Assembly: GCA_963724295.1 (NCBI GenBank)
Contig: CAVRUC010000004.1
Coordinates: forward strand, 288,001-352,000
Source: an uncultured Chloroflexia bacterium
Lineage (GTDB): Bacteria > Chloroflexota > Chloroflexia > Thermomicrobiales > UBA6265
Reading direction: 5' to 3'
DNA: 64,000 nucleotides
In this document: piece by piece, positions 53,427 through 63,445 of the stretch
Position numbering within the stretch: the stretch's first letter is position 1
Layout of the letters: each line of letters begins with the position of its first letter
Notes under the pieces: generated by a model
The model's database searches: none
What the model was told of the DNA's origin: nothing
Seen by the model: only the letters and a program-made list of their open reading frames with translations
Translations under genes and position numbers: made by a program

Positions 53427-54380
53427 ATGACACCTGACCGCGCACCGAGCATCGCTTGTATCGGGGTTTCGGATTGGGATCGGCTGATCGCGATTTCCGA
53501 CTACCCCGAGGCCGGCGGCTTCGCCAAGGTTCTGGAGGAGGTATCAGCGCCCGGGGGACCGACGACGAACACGGCCGTCGCACTCTCCCGGCTTGGCGCG
53601 CGGGTCCGCCTGGCCTCGGCCGTCGGCGCCGACGAGCGCGGCGAACTCGTACGCCGCAGTCTCGAAGCCGCGGGTGTCGACACCCGCTGGATAGCCGTCA
53701 AACCCGAACAGGTCACCACCCTGGCAACAGTCATCGTCAGCCGCAATCCGCTCGACCGCACCATCTTCGTCGAGACCGGGGCACAGCTTGCCCGGGGAGA
53801 TCAGCTCGACGTCGCCGGGCTCTTCAGCGGGGATCTGCTGGTCCTTGACGTTGCCGACGTTTCATTACGACGCTTCCTGCTCGATCTGCCCTCCCACACC
53901 GTACCGACCACCCGCCTTCTGGGGCCCCTCCGCTATCTCGTGGAAGAGAGCGTGCCGGACGCATTCGACCTCGCGTTGCGGCACGACGTCATCGTCAGCA
54001 ACGAGCCCGATCTGCTCGATGTGACCGGGACGTGGACGCTCAGCGATGCGACGACGGCGATACAGCACCGCATGCGCGGAGAGAACCTGCGCGCTGCGCT
54101 GATCACCCGCGCCGGCGAAGGCTGTCGCGTCGTGACCGAGGCGAAGAGTCTCAATATTCCCGCGTTCAGCGTCGATGTCATCGACCCAACCGGAGCCGGC
54201 GACGCGTTTGTGGCCGGGGTCGCCTGGGGGATGGCGCAGCGCTGGCCCTGGCCGCAGGTCGGCCGCTTCGCTAACGCGGTCGGTGCCCTCGCCTGCTGCT
54301 CCCTCGGCGCCCAGGCGTCCTTGCCCACCCTCCAGGAGGTCGAGACGCTACTGGCGTCCAATCCCACGGACCTTGACTAA
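53427..54380 (+). CDS. PfkB family carbohydrate kinase
   Basis: PGGPTTNTAVALSRLG and IDPTGAGDAF. Confidence 0.92.
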   Translation: MTPDRAPSIACIGVSDWDRLIAISDYPEAGGFAKVLEEVSAPGGPTTNTAVALSRLGARVRLASAVGADERGELVRRSLEAAGVDTRWIAVKPEQVTTLATVIVSRNPLDRTIFVETGAQLARGDQLDVAGLFSGDLLVLDVADVSLRRFLLDLPSHTVPTTRLLGPLRYLVEESVPDAFDLALRHDVIVSNEPDLLDVTGTWTLSDATTAIQHRMRGENLRAALITRAGEGCRVVTEAKSLNIPAFSVDVIDPTGAGDAFVAGVAWGMAQRWPWPQVGRFANAVGALACCSLGAQASLPTLQEVETLLASNPTDLD

Positions 54381-54390
54381 AAGACACCAG

Positions 54391-54420
54391 TTGACGTTAC
54401 ACACGGTACGTCCGTACACT
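54391..54420 (+). promoter_or_regulatory. Sigma70-type promoter for the SH3/transglycosylase gene
   Basis: TTGACG-N18-TACACT. Confidence 0.55.
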
Positions 54421-54557
54421 ACGAAACGTACACCTTCGACTTCGCGTTGAAGGTGCGACTGGTCTTCTTGAGGGAGGAGGCCTGAGTCGAAAGCCGTCGC
54501 CCCCGGGTGACGCGGCTGCCGAGAGCCCGCGATGGGCTGGAGGGAAGGGCGCCGCCG

Positions 54558-56087
54558 ATGTCGAGGTTTATTTCCGTCTGTCTGCGTGCCGTCATGGCGC
54601 TGGTCGCGCTACTGGGGACGCTCGTCTCCAGTCCAGGTCCAGCGCTTGCCGCGACCGGCACGTTGAGCATGGAATCCGCCCTGCAGGAGTCCCCGGCGCA
54701 CGAAGCGCCGTTGCTCGCGCTCCTGCCTGAGGGCACCGTGGTGTCGATCGACGGCCCACCGATCGATGGCTTCTACCCGGTGACGGCGGGCGATCTTTCC
54801 GGCTGGATGCGCGGCGAGACCCTCTCGGTCGAGAAAGACGTCGTTGCAACAGGGGATACCTCAAGCCCTCCATCCGCGGAATCGGACGGATTAGTTCCGG
54901 TCGAGCAGACAGCCAGCGCTGACCCGGCTTCGCTCGAGACACCAGCCACCGTCGACGCAGCCGCGGATCCGGCACCCAACAATGACCTTCCCGTCGAAAC
55001 CGGGACCGAACCGGTTGCTGACGTCGCCAATGACGCCGAAGCACCGCCAGCCGATACGGGCGCTTTGCCGGTCGATCCAGTGACCGGCGCTGAACCAGTT
55101 AGCGAGCCCGCTCCCACCAACACGGCGGCTCTGGAGTCGACGGTCGAGACGATCGGCGCCGCGACGCCGGTCCCGCTCGCCCCGGCGACCGAGACCCCGG
55201 TGGACGCGGCCGTGGAGCCCGCGCCAGATCCGAGCCCGGCGCCAAGTCCGACCCCGCGGCCCGAGCCTGTGGGGCCGGCGAGTGTGACCGTCAACGCCCC
55301 GATTCGCACCGGTCCCGGACCCGACTTCGATCTGATCTTCACGGTGCCGATGGGCAGCACCGTTCAGCAGACCGGCAACGTGACCGACGGCTACGTCACG
55401 GTGCAGTACAAGGAGGTTACCGGCTGGTTAGCCCTCGAGCAGCTCGGGGCGGCGAGCTCATTCATCGCCGAGACACCTATCGTGGAAACGGCGCCGCCGG
55501 TCGAGACAGCGCCGGGCGAGACCAACCCCGTCGCCACCGAGCCGGTCCCGGCCGAGCCGGTCACGGTCAAGACGCCGCGCCCTGGCTCAGGCGTCGCCTT
55601 CACGACCGTCGACATGAGTCTGCGCGCCGGTCCCAGTGCCAGCGAGGAGCCGATCACCGTCGTTCCGGCGGGATCGCGCGTCGTCCTCACCGGGGTCATG
55701 GAGGGTGGATTCCAACGTGTGACCTACCAGGATGAGATCGGCTGGATTTCCGACAACTACCTGGAGACACCCGCCGACCCGGAGCCGGATACGGGCAGAC
55801 CCGGAGATGAGCAGTACTCCCGCAAGCAGATCGTACGTATCATCTACGCCGCTGCCGACCGCTACGGTCAATCCCGGTCCGATATGCTGCGCGTCGCTGA
55901 ATGCGAGTCGAATCTCGATCCCTATGCCGTGAATCCCTCCGGGTCCTACGGACTCTTCCAGTTCATCCGCTCGACCTGGAGATCGACCCCTTACGGCAAC
56001 GAGGACATCTTCGACCCCGAAGCAAACGCCAACGCGGCCGCCTGGATGTGGTCCGAGGGCCGCAAGAGCGAGTGGGTATGTCAGTAG
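54558..56087 (+). CDS. Secreted SH3b-repeat protein with a C-terminal lysozyme-like transglycosylase domain
   Basis: Signal peptide, three SH3b-like units (e.g. IRTGPG..GWL, LRAGPS..GWIS) and CESNLDPYAVN..GLFQFIRSTW. Confidence 0.85.
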   Translation: MSRFISVCLRAVMALVALLGTLVSSPGPALAATGTLSMESALQESPAHEAPLLALLPEGTVVSIDGPPIDGFYPVTAGDLSGWMRGETLSVEKDVVATGDTSSPPSAESDGLVPVEQTASADPASLETPATVDAAADPAPNNDLPVETGTEPVADVANDAEAPPADTGALPVDPVTGAEPVSEPAPTNTAALESTVETIGAATPVPLAPATETPVDAAVEPAPDPSPAPSPTPRPEPVGPASVTVNAPIRTGPGPDFDLIFTVPMGSTVQQTGNVTDGYVTVQYKEVTGWLALEQLGAASSFIAETPIVETAPPVETAPGETNPVATEPVPAEPVTVKTPRPGSGVAFTTVDMSLRAGPSASEEPITVVPAGSRVVLTGVMEGGFQRVTYQDEIGWISDNYLETPADPEPDTGRPGDEQYSRKQIVRIIYAAADRYGQSRSDMLRVAECESNLDPYAVNPSGSYGLFQFIRSTWRSTPYGNEDIFDPEANANAAAWMWSEGRKSEWVCQ

Positions 56088-56091
56088 ACGG

Positions 56092-56134
56092 AGTCGGTGA
56101 GTCGGTCAGTCGGTCAGTCGTGAGTCGTGAGTGA
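56092..56134. repeat. 7-8 bp tandem repeat, reverse complement of the 28075 family
   Basis: gagtcggt gagtcggt cagtcggt cagtcgt gagtcgt gagt. Confidence 0.85.
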
Positions 56135-56351
56135 GACGGTGAAAGACGGCCAGTAGGGGCGACGCCGGCGTCGTCCGCTTTCTCAGCCAGCCAGGTTCCT
56201 TGATCCACACCACCCCCTCTGGGCAGCGCGCCCGCTGATCACCCTCGAGCAAAACGACATCTCATCACCGCCCCGCGCTACCATGCTGATGACGGCCGCG
56301 GCTAAGTTGTCTGGCCGTCTCGCGCTCGCTGGCATAGCAGAGGAGTTCCCA

Positions 56352-56987
56352 ATGGACATGCTGCGACGTTTGTTTGGCGGTGACGAGCCGAGCTCCGAGA
56401 CCGCGCGGTCTCGACCCCGTTCGCGAAACTTGTCTCCTGACGAGCAGGCAGTCGAGCGGTATCGGTACCTCTTGCGAACGGCTCCGCCGGAAACGATCGA
56501 AGAAGCGCACGCCGAGGCGTTCGCCAAGCTGACCTCGGAACAGCGCCGGATGGTACTACAAGAGTTGACCCCGACCCTGACCCCGGCCGAGCGCGGAGCG
56601 GGTGCGACGGATGACGTCGATCCGCGTTCGCTGGCCCGGCTTGCCACCCGAGCCGAGGTGCGCCAGCCCGGCACGCTGGAGCGGACCTGGTCCGGCATGC
56701 CCGCGGGCGCCGGGATGGGCGGCATGGGCATGGGCGGTTTCATGGCGGGCAATTTCACGAGCACGATCGCCGGGGTCGTGGTCGGCAGCTTGATCGCCGA
56801 TGCATTTCTCGGTGATGCCGGGTACGACGCGGGGTCCGCCGAGACTGCCGATGCCTCCGCCGGCACATTCGACGCCGAGGGCGGCGACTTCGGAGGCGGG
56901 GATCCCGGATCTGGCGACGGTGGCGCGTTCGGCGACATGGGGGGCGACTTCGGCGGTTTCGGTGATTTCGGAGGCGGCGATTTCTGA
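56352..56987 (+). CDS. Hypothetical protein with a Gly/Asp/Phe-rich tail
   Basis: GAGGAG RBS; YRYLLRTAPPETIEEAHAEAFAKLT core, a hydrophobic segment and a GGDFGG tail. Confidence 0.72.
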   Translation: MDMLRRLFGGDEPSSETARSRPRSRNLSPDEQAVERYRYLLRTAPPETIEEAHAEAFAKLTSEQRRMVLQELTPTLTPAERGAGATDDVDPRSLARLATRAEVRQPGTLERTWSGMPAGAGMGGMGMGGFMAGNFTSTIAGVVVGSLIADAFLGDAGYDAGSAETADASAGTFDAEGGDFGGGDPGSGDGGAFGDMGGDFGGFGDFGGGDF

Positions 56988-57030
56988 CGCTCCGTAATCT
57001 GCTGCGCTAGGAGGGCGTGACCAGTCGCCG

Positions 57031-58194
57031 ATGACCGCCATCCGGGATCGCGTCCGAATCGGGTTGCTCGGTTGCGTAATCGCGGCCGTCTCGTTGGTGG
57101 CCATCGGTCTCGTCGTTCTGCTCGTCGTCGCGGCGGTGCCGGATCGGTTCGGGCTGCTGTTGAGCGTGACCGCGGCATCTATCCCGGCACTGGTCTACGC
57201 CGCCATCGTGCTCCGTCTCGATCGCTACGAGATCGAACCGCTGCGCGCCGTGCTGGCGTGCTTCGCCTGGGGCGCGATCGGCGCGGTCTTGTTCAGCGTC
57301 GCCACCGGACTGCTCTTCCAGTTCGCTGTTGAAGAGATGCTTGGCGCCGAGGTTGCCCAGGCGGCCTCGGTCGTGATTGGCGCGCCATTGGTCGAGGAGT
57401 CGTTCAAGGGCATCGCGGTTCTCGCCGTGCTCATCGTTGCTCGGGACGAGATCGATAGCACGCTCGATGGCCTCGTCTACGGCGCGTTGGTCGGCGTCGG
57501 CTTCGCGATGACAGAGAACATCTTGTACTTCGGACAAGCGTATCTGGAAGGCGGTCTCGGCGAGTTCGGCACGCTCGTGCTCAGCCGCGCGGTGCTCGGC
57601 GGCTTCGGCCATCCCGCGTACACCGCGATCACGGGCGCCGCGATCGGCTGGTCGCGCGGGCGCTACGGACGGGGAATCGCCCGTGTCATCGTCCCGATCC
57701 TGGGGTGGGCATTAGCCGTCGGCCTCCACGTCGCCTGGAATGGAGGGCTGGTCCTGTCGTCCGTCCTGATGGATCCGGACACGGGACTGCTGAAGCTGGT
57801 GGCGGTGCAAACCGCGATCGTGATCGTGCCGGCGGTTCTCGTGCTCTACACCATCGCGCGCATGTCGGCGCGGCACGAATTGACGATTCTGCGCAAGGAA
57901 CTTCGCACCGAGGTGGAGCGAGGAACGATCACGCCGGCAGAATATGAGTCGATCGTCGATGCCGAGAAGCGCCAGCGCGCGCTGGCGTCGGCCCGAGCGC
58001 GGGGCGGCCGGGCCCTACGCCGGCGACAGCAGGCCTTCTTCAGCACAGCGGCCGATCTGGCCTTTCGCAACCACCACCGGCAACAGGGCGAGCCGTCCAA
58101 ACCAGGTCAGGCCGCCCGAGACGACATCGACCGGGAGCGCTTGATTGCGCTCCGGCGTGAGCTCGCCCCGGACTCGCTTCTCCGCGAAAGCTGA
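57031..58194 (+). CDS. PrsW family intramembrane metalloprotease
   Basis: DRYEIEP, APLVEESFKG, GFAMTENILY, GHPAYT and LHVAWN. Confidence 0.93.
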   Translation: MTAIRDRVRIGLLGCVIAAVSLVAIGLVVLLVVAAVPDRFGLLLSVTAASIPALVYAAIVLRLDRYEIEPLRAVLACFAWGAIGAVLFSVATGLLFQFAVEEMLGAEVAQAASVVIGAPLVEESFKGIAVLAVLIVARDEIDSTLDGLVYGALVGVGFAMTENILYFGQAYLEGGLGEFGTLVLSRAVLGGFGHPAYTAITGAAIGWSRGRYGRGIARVIVPILGWALAVGLHVAWNGGLVLSSVLMDPDTGLLKLVAVQTAIVIVPAVLVLYTIARMSARHELTILRKELRTEVERGTITPAEYESIVDAEKRQRALASARARGGRALRRRQQAFFSTAADLAFRNHHRQQGEPSKPGQAARDDIDRERLIALRRELAPDSLLRES

Positions 58195-58246
58195 CGGGCC
58201 GTCGCGTCCCACACCGGATTCAGCACCGGCGCGAGCGACCTTGCGG

Positions 58247-58292
58247 AAAAACGAAGCCGGACCGTTCGACCGGGATGGTCGAACGGTCCGGC
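58247..58292 (-). terminator. Intrinsic terminator between convergent genes
   Basis: 16-bp perfect stem GCCGGACCGTTCGACC/GGTCGAACGGTCCGGC followed by TTCGTTTTT on the minus strand. Confidence 0.75.
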
Positions 58293-58338
58293 GCCTGATG
58301 AAGCGCTATGGCTTCGAGCGTCTCACGCCGCGAGTTCG

Positions 58339-59178
58339 CTACGGAGACGGAGTCTCTGTCGCATCCTCGAGTTCCGCCTCCGCGGTCTCGATCGCATCGG
58401 CCACCGCCGTCGCCAATCCAGGCGTAGCCGCGGGGGTCGCCTCATCCCCTGCCCCCATCGGGGTGGCGCGGGCTGCGACCGGGCTCGCCTGCGATGGCGT
58501 GGCCACAATGCCGGCCGGTGCCTCGTCTTCCTCTTCCGTGGCCGCGGGAGCGGCCACAGTCGCGGCCGGAGTCGGATCGACGACGGCTGCATCCTGCTGC
58601 GGCCGGAAGAAGAACCACCAGAGCAACGCGGCGATCGCCAGGGCGCCAAGAATCCACCACAGCCAGTTTCTATCCGGCTCCCTCGGTGGGGGCGGAGCGG
58701 TTGGTCGCGGTGGTGGCGGTGGCGTGGGCGTGCCAACATCCGGACTCGGCTCCGTGGCGGCAGCGACAGGAGCGGCAGCGGCAACAGGAGCCGCCGCGGC
58801 AACAGGAGCCGCAGCCGCGGCGCCAACTCCCAAGCGCGCGCTACGGAACCCGGCGTCACGAGCCGCTGCCTCATTTGTGAAGCAGACTTCCGGGGTGGTG
58901 CGATCGTAGTTTGCCTGCCCAGGAGTGTGGAAGACCCGGGACGGCAGGTTGCCTTTTACCGGGTAACCAGCCGGACAGTCTCTGCCCTCGCTGGGGCGCG
59001 CCGCATCCACCGGAATCCATTCGCCCGACTCGATATCGGCAACGCCTTCCGTCCATTGATCGGCATCGGGATCGTAGTAACCCACGGTTGCATCGGGCGT
59101 ATCAGTAGCTCCGAGAACCCATTCGCTCGTCTCCGGGTTCCGGTACCCGGAGCGAAACCGCCGAGGCCCACCAGTCAT
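58339..59178 (-). CDS. Membrane-anchored hypothetical protein with a CPxxYPVKGN..EVCF..AGFR domain
   Basis: GGAGGAGAGG RBS; conserved small domain, AAAAPV/Pro-rich linker and one TM helix (WLWWILGALAIAALLWWFF). Confidence 0.72.
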   Translation of the reverse strand: MTGGPRRFRSGYRNPETSEWVLGATDTPDATVGYYDPDADQWTEGVADIESGEWIPVDAARPSEGRDCPAGYPVKGNLPSRVFHTPGQANYDRTTPEVCFTNEAAARDAGFRSARLGVGAAAAAPVAAAAPVAAAAPVAAATEPSPDVGTPTPPPPPRPTAPPPPREPDRNWLWWILGALAIAALLWWFFFRPQQDAAVVDPTPAATVAAPAATEEEDEAPAGIVATPSQASPVAARATPMGAGDEATPAATPGLATAVADAIETAEAELEDATETPSP

Positions 59179-59506
59179 CAACCCTCTCCTCCCGAATCGC
59201 GAAAGCCCTGTTTCAGACCTCGCGAGCCGCCCCGCGCGCAAGGACGGGGAGAAAACTCGCTTCTCGCCCTATCACATTGTACTGCGTTCACTCAATGCGG
59301 CGGCTCAGCTTCTGCTCGACCGTCGTCGTCCCCGTCACCTCCCGTCAAGACGCGACCGTAGACGGCAGTTTTCTTCTGCTGCTTGCATTCGCCATGCCAG
59401 AGTCTCGCCTGCCGCATTCCTCGATTCCATCGCGTTGCGTGCGAGGCGAAGGCCATGGGATCGGGCAGTCGTGGCCCCGAACCAACTGGCAGGGGATACT
59501 TTGGTC

Positions 59507-60703
59507 ATGACATCGACGGCGACGGCGGCGTCCCCGCACCTGGCGCTCCATCCGCGCCCGACGACCCGCCAGCGGCTGACAAGCCGGGTCAAGTCACTCG
59601 CGCTCGCGCATGGCCTGTCGGTCTCCGCGGTGACGAGTGCTGAGTCGTTCCCTGAGGTCTTCCGCATCCTGCGCGACCGAATCGAGGCCGGTCATCTGGC
59701 CGGGATGGATTGGTTCACGACCGAGCGCGCCGCGGCGTCATGTGATCCGAAGACGCTGATGGACAATCCCCTGTCGATCCTCTCTGTTGGCGTCGCTTAC
59801 TGGGGCAGCGACGACGGCAAGCCTGAGGACGGCGTGCCGCGCGGGCGCATCAGCCGCTACGCGCGGGGGATCGATTACCATCAGATCCTCCAGGAACGGA
59901 TGCGCGCGCTGCACACGGCCATCGAGGAGATGGCCGGACAGCCCGTTGCGGCCAGGTTCCTGACCGATCATGCCCGGATCGTCGATCGCGCCGTCGCGGC
60001 CCGCGCCGGGCTGGGCTGGTACGGCAAGAACGCCTGCATCATCGTGCCCGGGCACGGCTCCTGGGTCATGCTCGGCGAGCTGTTGCTCGATCTCGACCTC
60101 GAACCGGACGAGCCACTGGACAAGCACTGCGGACGCTGTGGCATCTGTCTCGATCGCTGCCCGACGGGAGCGATCGTTGCCCCCTATACGATCCACACGC
60201 CATTGTGCATCTCATTTCAAACGATTGAGCAGCGCGGTGCGATCCCCCGCGAGTTACGGCCGCACCTCGGCGACTGGGTCTTCGGCTGCGACGTCTGCCA
60301 GGAGGTCTGCCCCTACACCCGCGCCGCCGCCGAGGAGCCGGACCCGGCCTTCCTGCCCCGGCATCCGGACAATGCCTACCCCTCGCTGCATCGCCTGCTG
60401 GAGATGTCGACCCGGACGTTCCGCGAGCGGTACCGGGGCACGGCCGTCATGCGGGCACGGCGGGCCGGGTTGGCTCGCAATGCGGCAGTCGCGCTGGGGA
60501 ACATCGGGACCGAGGATGATGTGCCGCCTCTGACGCGGGCTGCCCTGGGTCACGATGTGGTGCTGGTGCGCGGTCATGCCGCCTGGGCGCTGGGGAGGAT
60601 CGGTGGCAGCCATGCCCGGAGGGCGCTGGAACGCGCCTGGGAGCGTGAGCGCGAGGCGGAGGCGAGAGCGGAGATCGCTCTCTCGCTGGAAGACGTGGCC
60701 TGA
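59507..60703 (+). CDS. queG: tRNA epoxyqueuosine(34) reductase
   Basis: ISRYARGIDYH, AGLGWYGKN, CGRCGICLDRCPTGA, CISFQTIE, FGCDVCQEVCP and a HEAT-repeat tail. Confidence 0.96.
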   Translation: MTSTATAASPHLALHPRPTTRQRLTSRVKSLALAHGLSVSAVTSAESFPEVFRILRDRIEAGHLAGMDWFTTERAAASCDPKTLMDNPLSILSVGVAYWGSDDGKPEDGVPRGRISRYARGIDYHQILQERMRALHTAIEEMAGQPVAARFLTDHARIVDRAVAARAGLGWYGKNACIIVPGHGSWVMLGELLLDLDLEPDEPLDKHCGRCGICLDRCPTGAIVAPYTIHTPLCISFQTIEQRGAIPRELRPHLGDWVFGCDVCQEVCPYTRAAAEEPDPAFLPRHPDNAYPSLHRLLEMSTRTFRERYRGTAVMRARRAGLARNAAVALGNIGTEDDVPPLTRAALGHDVVLVRGHAAWALGRIGGSHARRALERAWEREREAEARAEIALSLEDVA

Positions 60704-61041
60704 TCCGATAGGGCTTCATCCCGGAAACCGCCTCACGGACCCATGTTGAGAAGCACTCGGCGCGGACGGGGCGTGCTGGGCGCCGCCTGATGATGACCAC
60801 CACTCCGCTTGAGGCGAGGAGGTCACCATAGGCCGGAGTCAGGTCACTTGGCCCACAGTGGGGCTTGCGGCCGAACCAGAACTCACAATGAAGGGTCCGC
60901 CGGAAAGAGGGAGTGCTCGAACTCGACTACCCGACCGAGACAGGCAACCCATTCTGAAGACCGCCGATCCTCGCCGGTCACACTCAGGGACTAGACTTGC
61001 TAGCACCCCGTCAGCACGAGTAAGGCCGATCTGACCTCGGA

Positions 61042-62055
61042 TCATGGGAAAAAGAGTTGAGCGGGCTGCGGAGCTGAAGTCCCTGTCGTGTAGGCAGCAC
61101 GTTCGGCTTCAATAGCCTCGTTAAGTCCCCACTTAGGTGGGTAAAACAGTGCAACCGGAGACGCAGTAGGCACGAAGCTAGTCTTGATTCGAACCCGGTT
61201 GCTCTGCAGTTCTGGATAGGCAACCCGCGAATACTTGTCGATTTCGCAGAAGAGGTTCTGGCAGTCGATAGCGTGGAGACGCCGACCCCATAGAGACTGG
61301 AATTTAATCCCCAATCGGGCGAACTCGATTTCCTGGAGTTCCACCATCCATCGGATGACACGCGGTAGCGACCACGAGCCCGTGTTAACGAAGCACTTTC
61401 TGATACCGCGTTCAGCCCCAGGTCCTGGCATCGTGAACTCGTCCTCGTCAAAGTCTGTAAGCTCGCTGTAGTTGATGTCGATAGCGAGTTGGTAGGCCAT
61501 GAAAGGCCCGATCATCGGGTACTCGATGAGCATTCGGTAAAGATCGTCAAGCCTCCGAGCTCGCACCACTTTCTGCGCCAGACCGTCCTGCATCATCCTA
61601 TTGACGAGCAAAAGGTGGTTCTGATGTTTACGTCGGCACCCGAATGCTTGGCTCATGGATAGAATGAAGGCATTCGTATATATCGTTTGTCCTTGACTCA
61701 ACGCCCTTTCAAGTGTCTGATCGAGTGCGGCAGGGTCAAAGGATTTCACGCTGAGTCGGCCGTGGGCGGACTTCAAGAGCTTCCACGTGTCAATCTTGCT
61801 AAACAAACGGAACAGGATGATTCTCAGCAACGTGTCTTCGGCGGAGAATCCTGGTTCGTAGATAACATTTCTAATGAGGAACTGCGACACCCGGTCGCTC
61901 GCACGATACGCGTTGCAAAACTTAAATGTCCGCAAAATCGGGTCGTACGACCACGGAGGCGGCTCACCTCGGTGCCGGCGAAAGAAAATGGCTTGCCGTT
62001 CTGCCGCGAAGCACCAATAGGCATCTAGAACGTCGCGCCGAGGTGTCAGGTCCAT
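61042..62055 (-). CDS. Putative DNA base hypermodification protein (aGPT-Pplase1 / 5-hmdU DNA kinase helical-domain family)
   Basis: YWCFAAERQAIFFRR..PPWSYDPIL..KFCNAYRASDRVSQ, TNAFI, IGPFMAYQLAIDINY, GPGAERG and DCQNLFCEIDKY match this family as I recall it. Confidence 0.82.
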   Translation of the reverse strand: MDLTPRRDVLDAYWCFAAERQAIFFRRHRGEPPPWSYDPILRTFKFCNAYRASDRVSQFLIRNVIYEPGFSAEDTLLRIILFRLFSKIDTWKLLKSAHGRLSVKSFDPAALDQTLERALSQGQTIYTNAFILSMSQAFGCRRKHQNHLLLVNRMMQDGLAQKVVRARRLDDLYRMLIEYPMIGPFMAYQLAIDINYSELTDFDEDEFTMPGPGAERGIRKCFVNTGSWSLPRVIRWMVELQEIEFARLGIKFQSLWGRRLHAIDCQNLFCEIDKYSRVAYPELQSNRVRIKTSFVPTASPVALFYPPKWGLNEAIEAERAAYTTGTSAPQPAQLFFP

Positions 62056-62122
62056 CAGTCCATCTTAGCATTGGCTCCAAGCGGGACAATGTAATGTGGC
62101 GGTCGACCGGGGAGGACGCAGG

Positions 62123-63285
62123 TTGCTGGCTATCGACGCACTTAGCGCTGACTTGGTGTGGCGGGAGTTAGCAAGCCGCTACGGGTCGAGGGTAAAGTCC
62201 AAGAAGGGCGTGATCAGCCCACTCGAGAACTGCTCCACGTGAGCTTCAGTATTTCAGACCCACGACAACGACTGGTCTTTGTTCGGCCCATGAATCCGGC
62301 GTTCGCAGTCGCCGAGGTCATCTGGATGCTCTCTGGCTTCAATGATGTCGAGTGGCTCGCATGGTGGAATCCACGAGTCAAACGGCTGGCCGCGGACGAG
62401 GGCAACCCGGCATTTCAAGGAGCCTACGGGGAGCGTCTCGGAAGTCGGCCGAGGGTCGGGGAAAACCTTGCCCGCACGCTTCGCCATCAATCAATCCGTT
62501 CCAGCCGCCGCCTTGACCAACTAAAACTGGCGGCGGAGGCCCTCCAGGCCGAACCCACCAGCCGCCAGATTGTGCTCCAGATTTGGGATGCCGACCGCGA
62601 CTTACCGAATCCGTTTTCCCGCTCGCGCGATGTCCCCTGTAACCTAATAAGCCACCTACTCATCCGCGACGGGCGGTTGGAGTGGTTTCAGGTGATGCGA
62701 TCGAATGACATTATGTGGGGCCTACCATACAACCTGGTCCAGTTCACTACATTGCAGGAGATTCTGGCTGGTTGGTTAGGCATCGAACTTGGTAGTTACC
62801 AGCACATCAGCAATTCCTTGCACGTCTACCAACGCCATTGGGAACAGCTTGACGCCCTAGACCTAAATAAGAGCGATGTGCCGCGAAACTCGAGCGACCT
62901 CCGCGTTAATCCATACGTTGAATGGGAAGAGGTGTGGTCGAGGGTGGTTACTTGCGTCAACCAGATGATGCATATGGAAGACCGAAGGCAACTCGAGAAC
63001 GTGCCAAACCAGTACGCCGACCTGCCGTCAGCCTACCGAGAGTGGATCGCCTTGTTAGCAGCCGAGGCACTCCGCAGGATCGCCGAACCTAACGCGGCAG
63101 ATCGCATTGTACAATTGGCGGGGCCGTTCTGGTCTCGCAGCTGGCGGAAATGGGCCGCGGCCGAGTCGCAACGCAGGAACTTCCGGATTGCTGACGCAGC
63201 CCCCCCCGAGTTGAGCAAAGGTTGCTACTCGCGATCATTGGATGCGGCGGCTAATACTCATGGTGTGAGACAGCTAACTCCCTGA
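62123..63285 (+). CDS. Thymidylate-synthase-fold enzyme (possible dUMP hydroxymethylase); apparent frameshift near 62175
   Basis: AEVIWMLSG, GAYG, SRQIVLQIWD, DVPCN (catalytic Cys), MRSND, GLPYN and SLHVY; TTG start at 62123 after GGGGAGG RBS gives LAIDALSADLVWRELA. Confidence 0.88.
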
Positions 63286-63400
63286 CCTACGGCTGTCCTG
63301 TCACAAGACGCGTTCTCGTTAAGTCCCGTTCGCTCCATCTCCTAGTCGGTGAGAACTGAAATTTTGGTAGACACGCTCGCACCTCGTGTCGGGGTTGGGC

Positions 63401-63445
63401 TTGACGTCGTGGCTCCGAAACACTATCATGTCAGAAAATCTGACA
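63401..63445 (+). promoter_or_regulatory. Sigma70 promoter with an overlapping palindromic operator
   Basis: TTGACG-N17-TATCAT (63401-63429) followed directly by TGTCAGA-AAA-TCTGACA (63429-63445). Confidence 0.72.

Noticed and set aside
58755..58825. 18-bp GC-rich repeat as a separate element
   Set aside because: It encodes the AAAAPV linker of the 58339-59178 protein.
59507..60703. queG as part of the modification island (deazaguanine DNA modification)
   Set aside because: It is a canonical tRNA QueG with host-like high-GC codon usage, and no dpdA, queC or folE is visible; treated as the flanking core gene.
60704..61041. tRNA, tmRNA, SRP, 6S or retron ncRNA at the island boundary
   Set aside because: No cloverleaf or recognisable consensus was found, and there is no reverse transcriptase in the window.
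60839..61045. 68-aa ORF coupled to the hypermodification gene
   Set aside because: No recognisable motif or RBS; the ATGA overlap alone is not enough to call a CDS.
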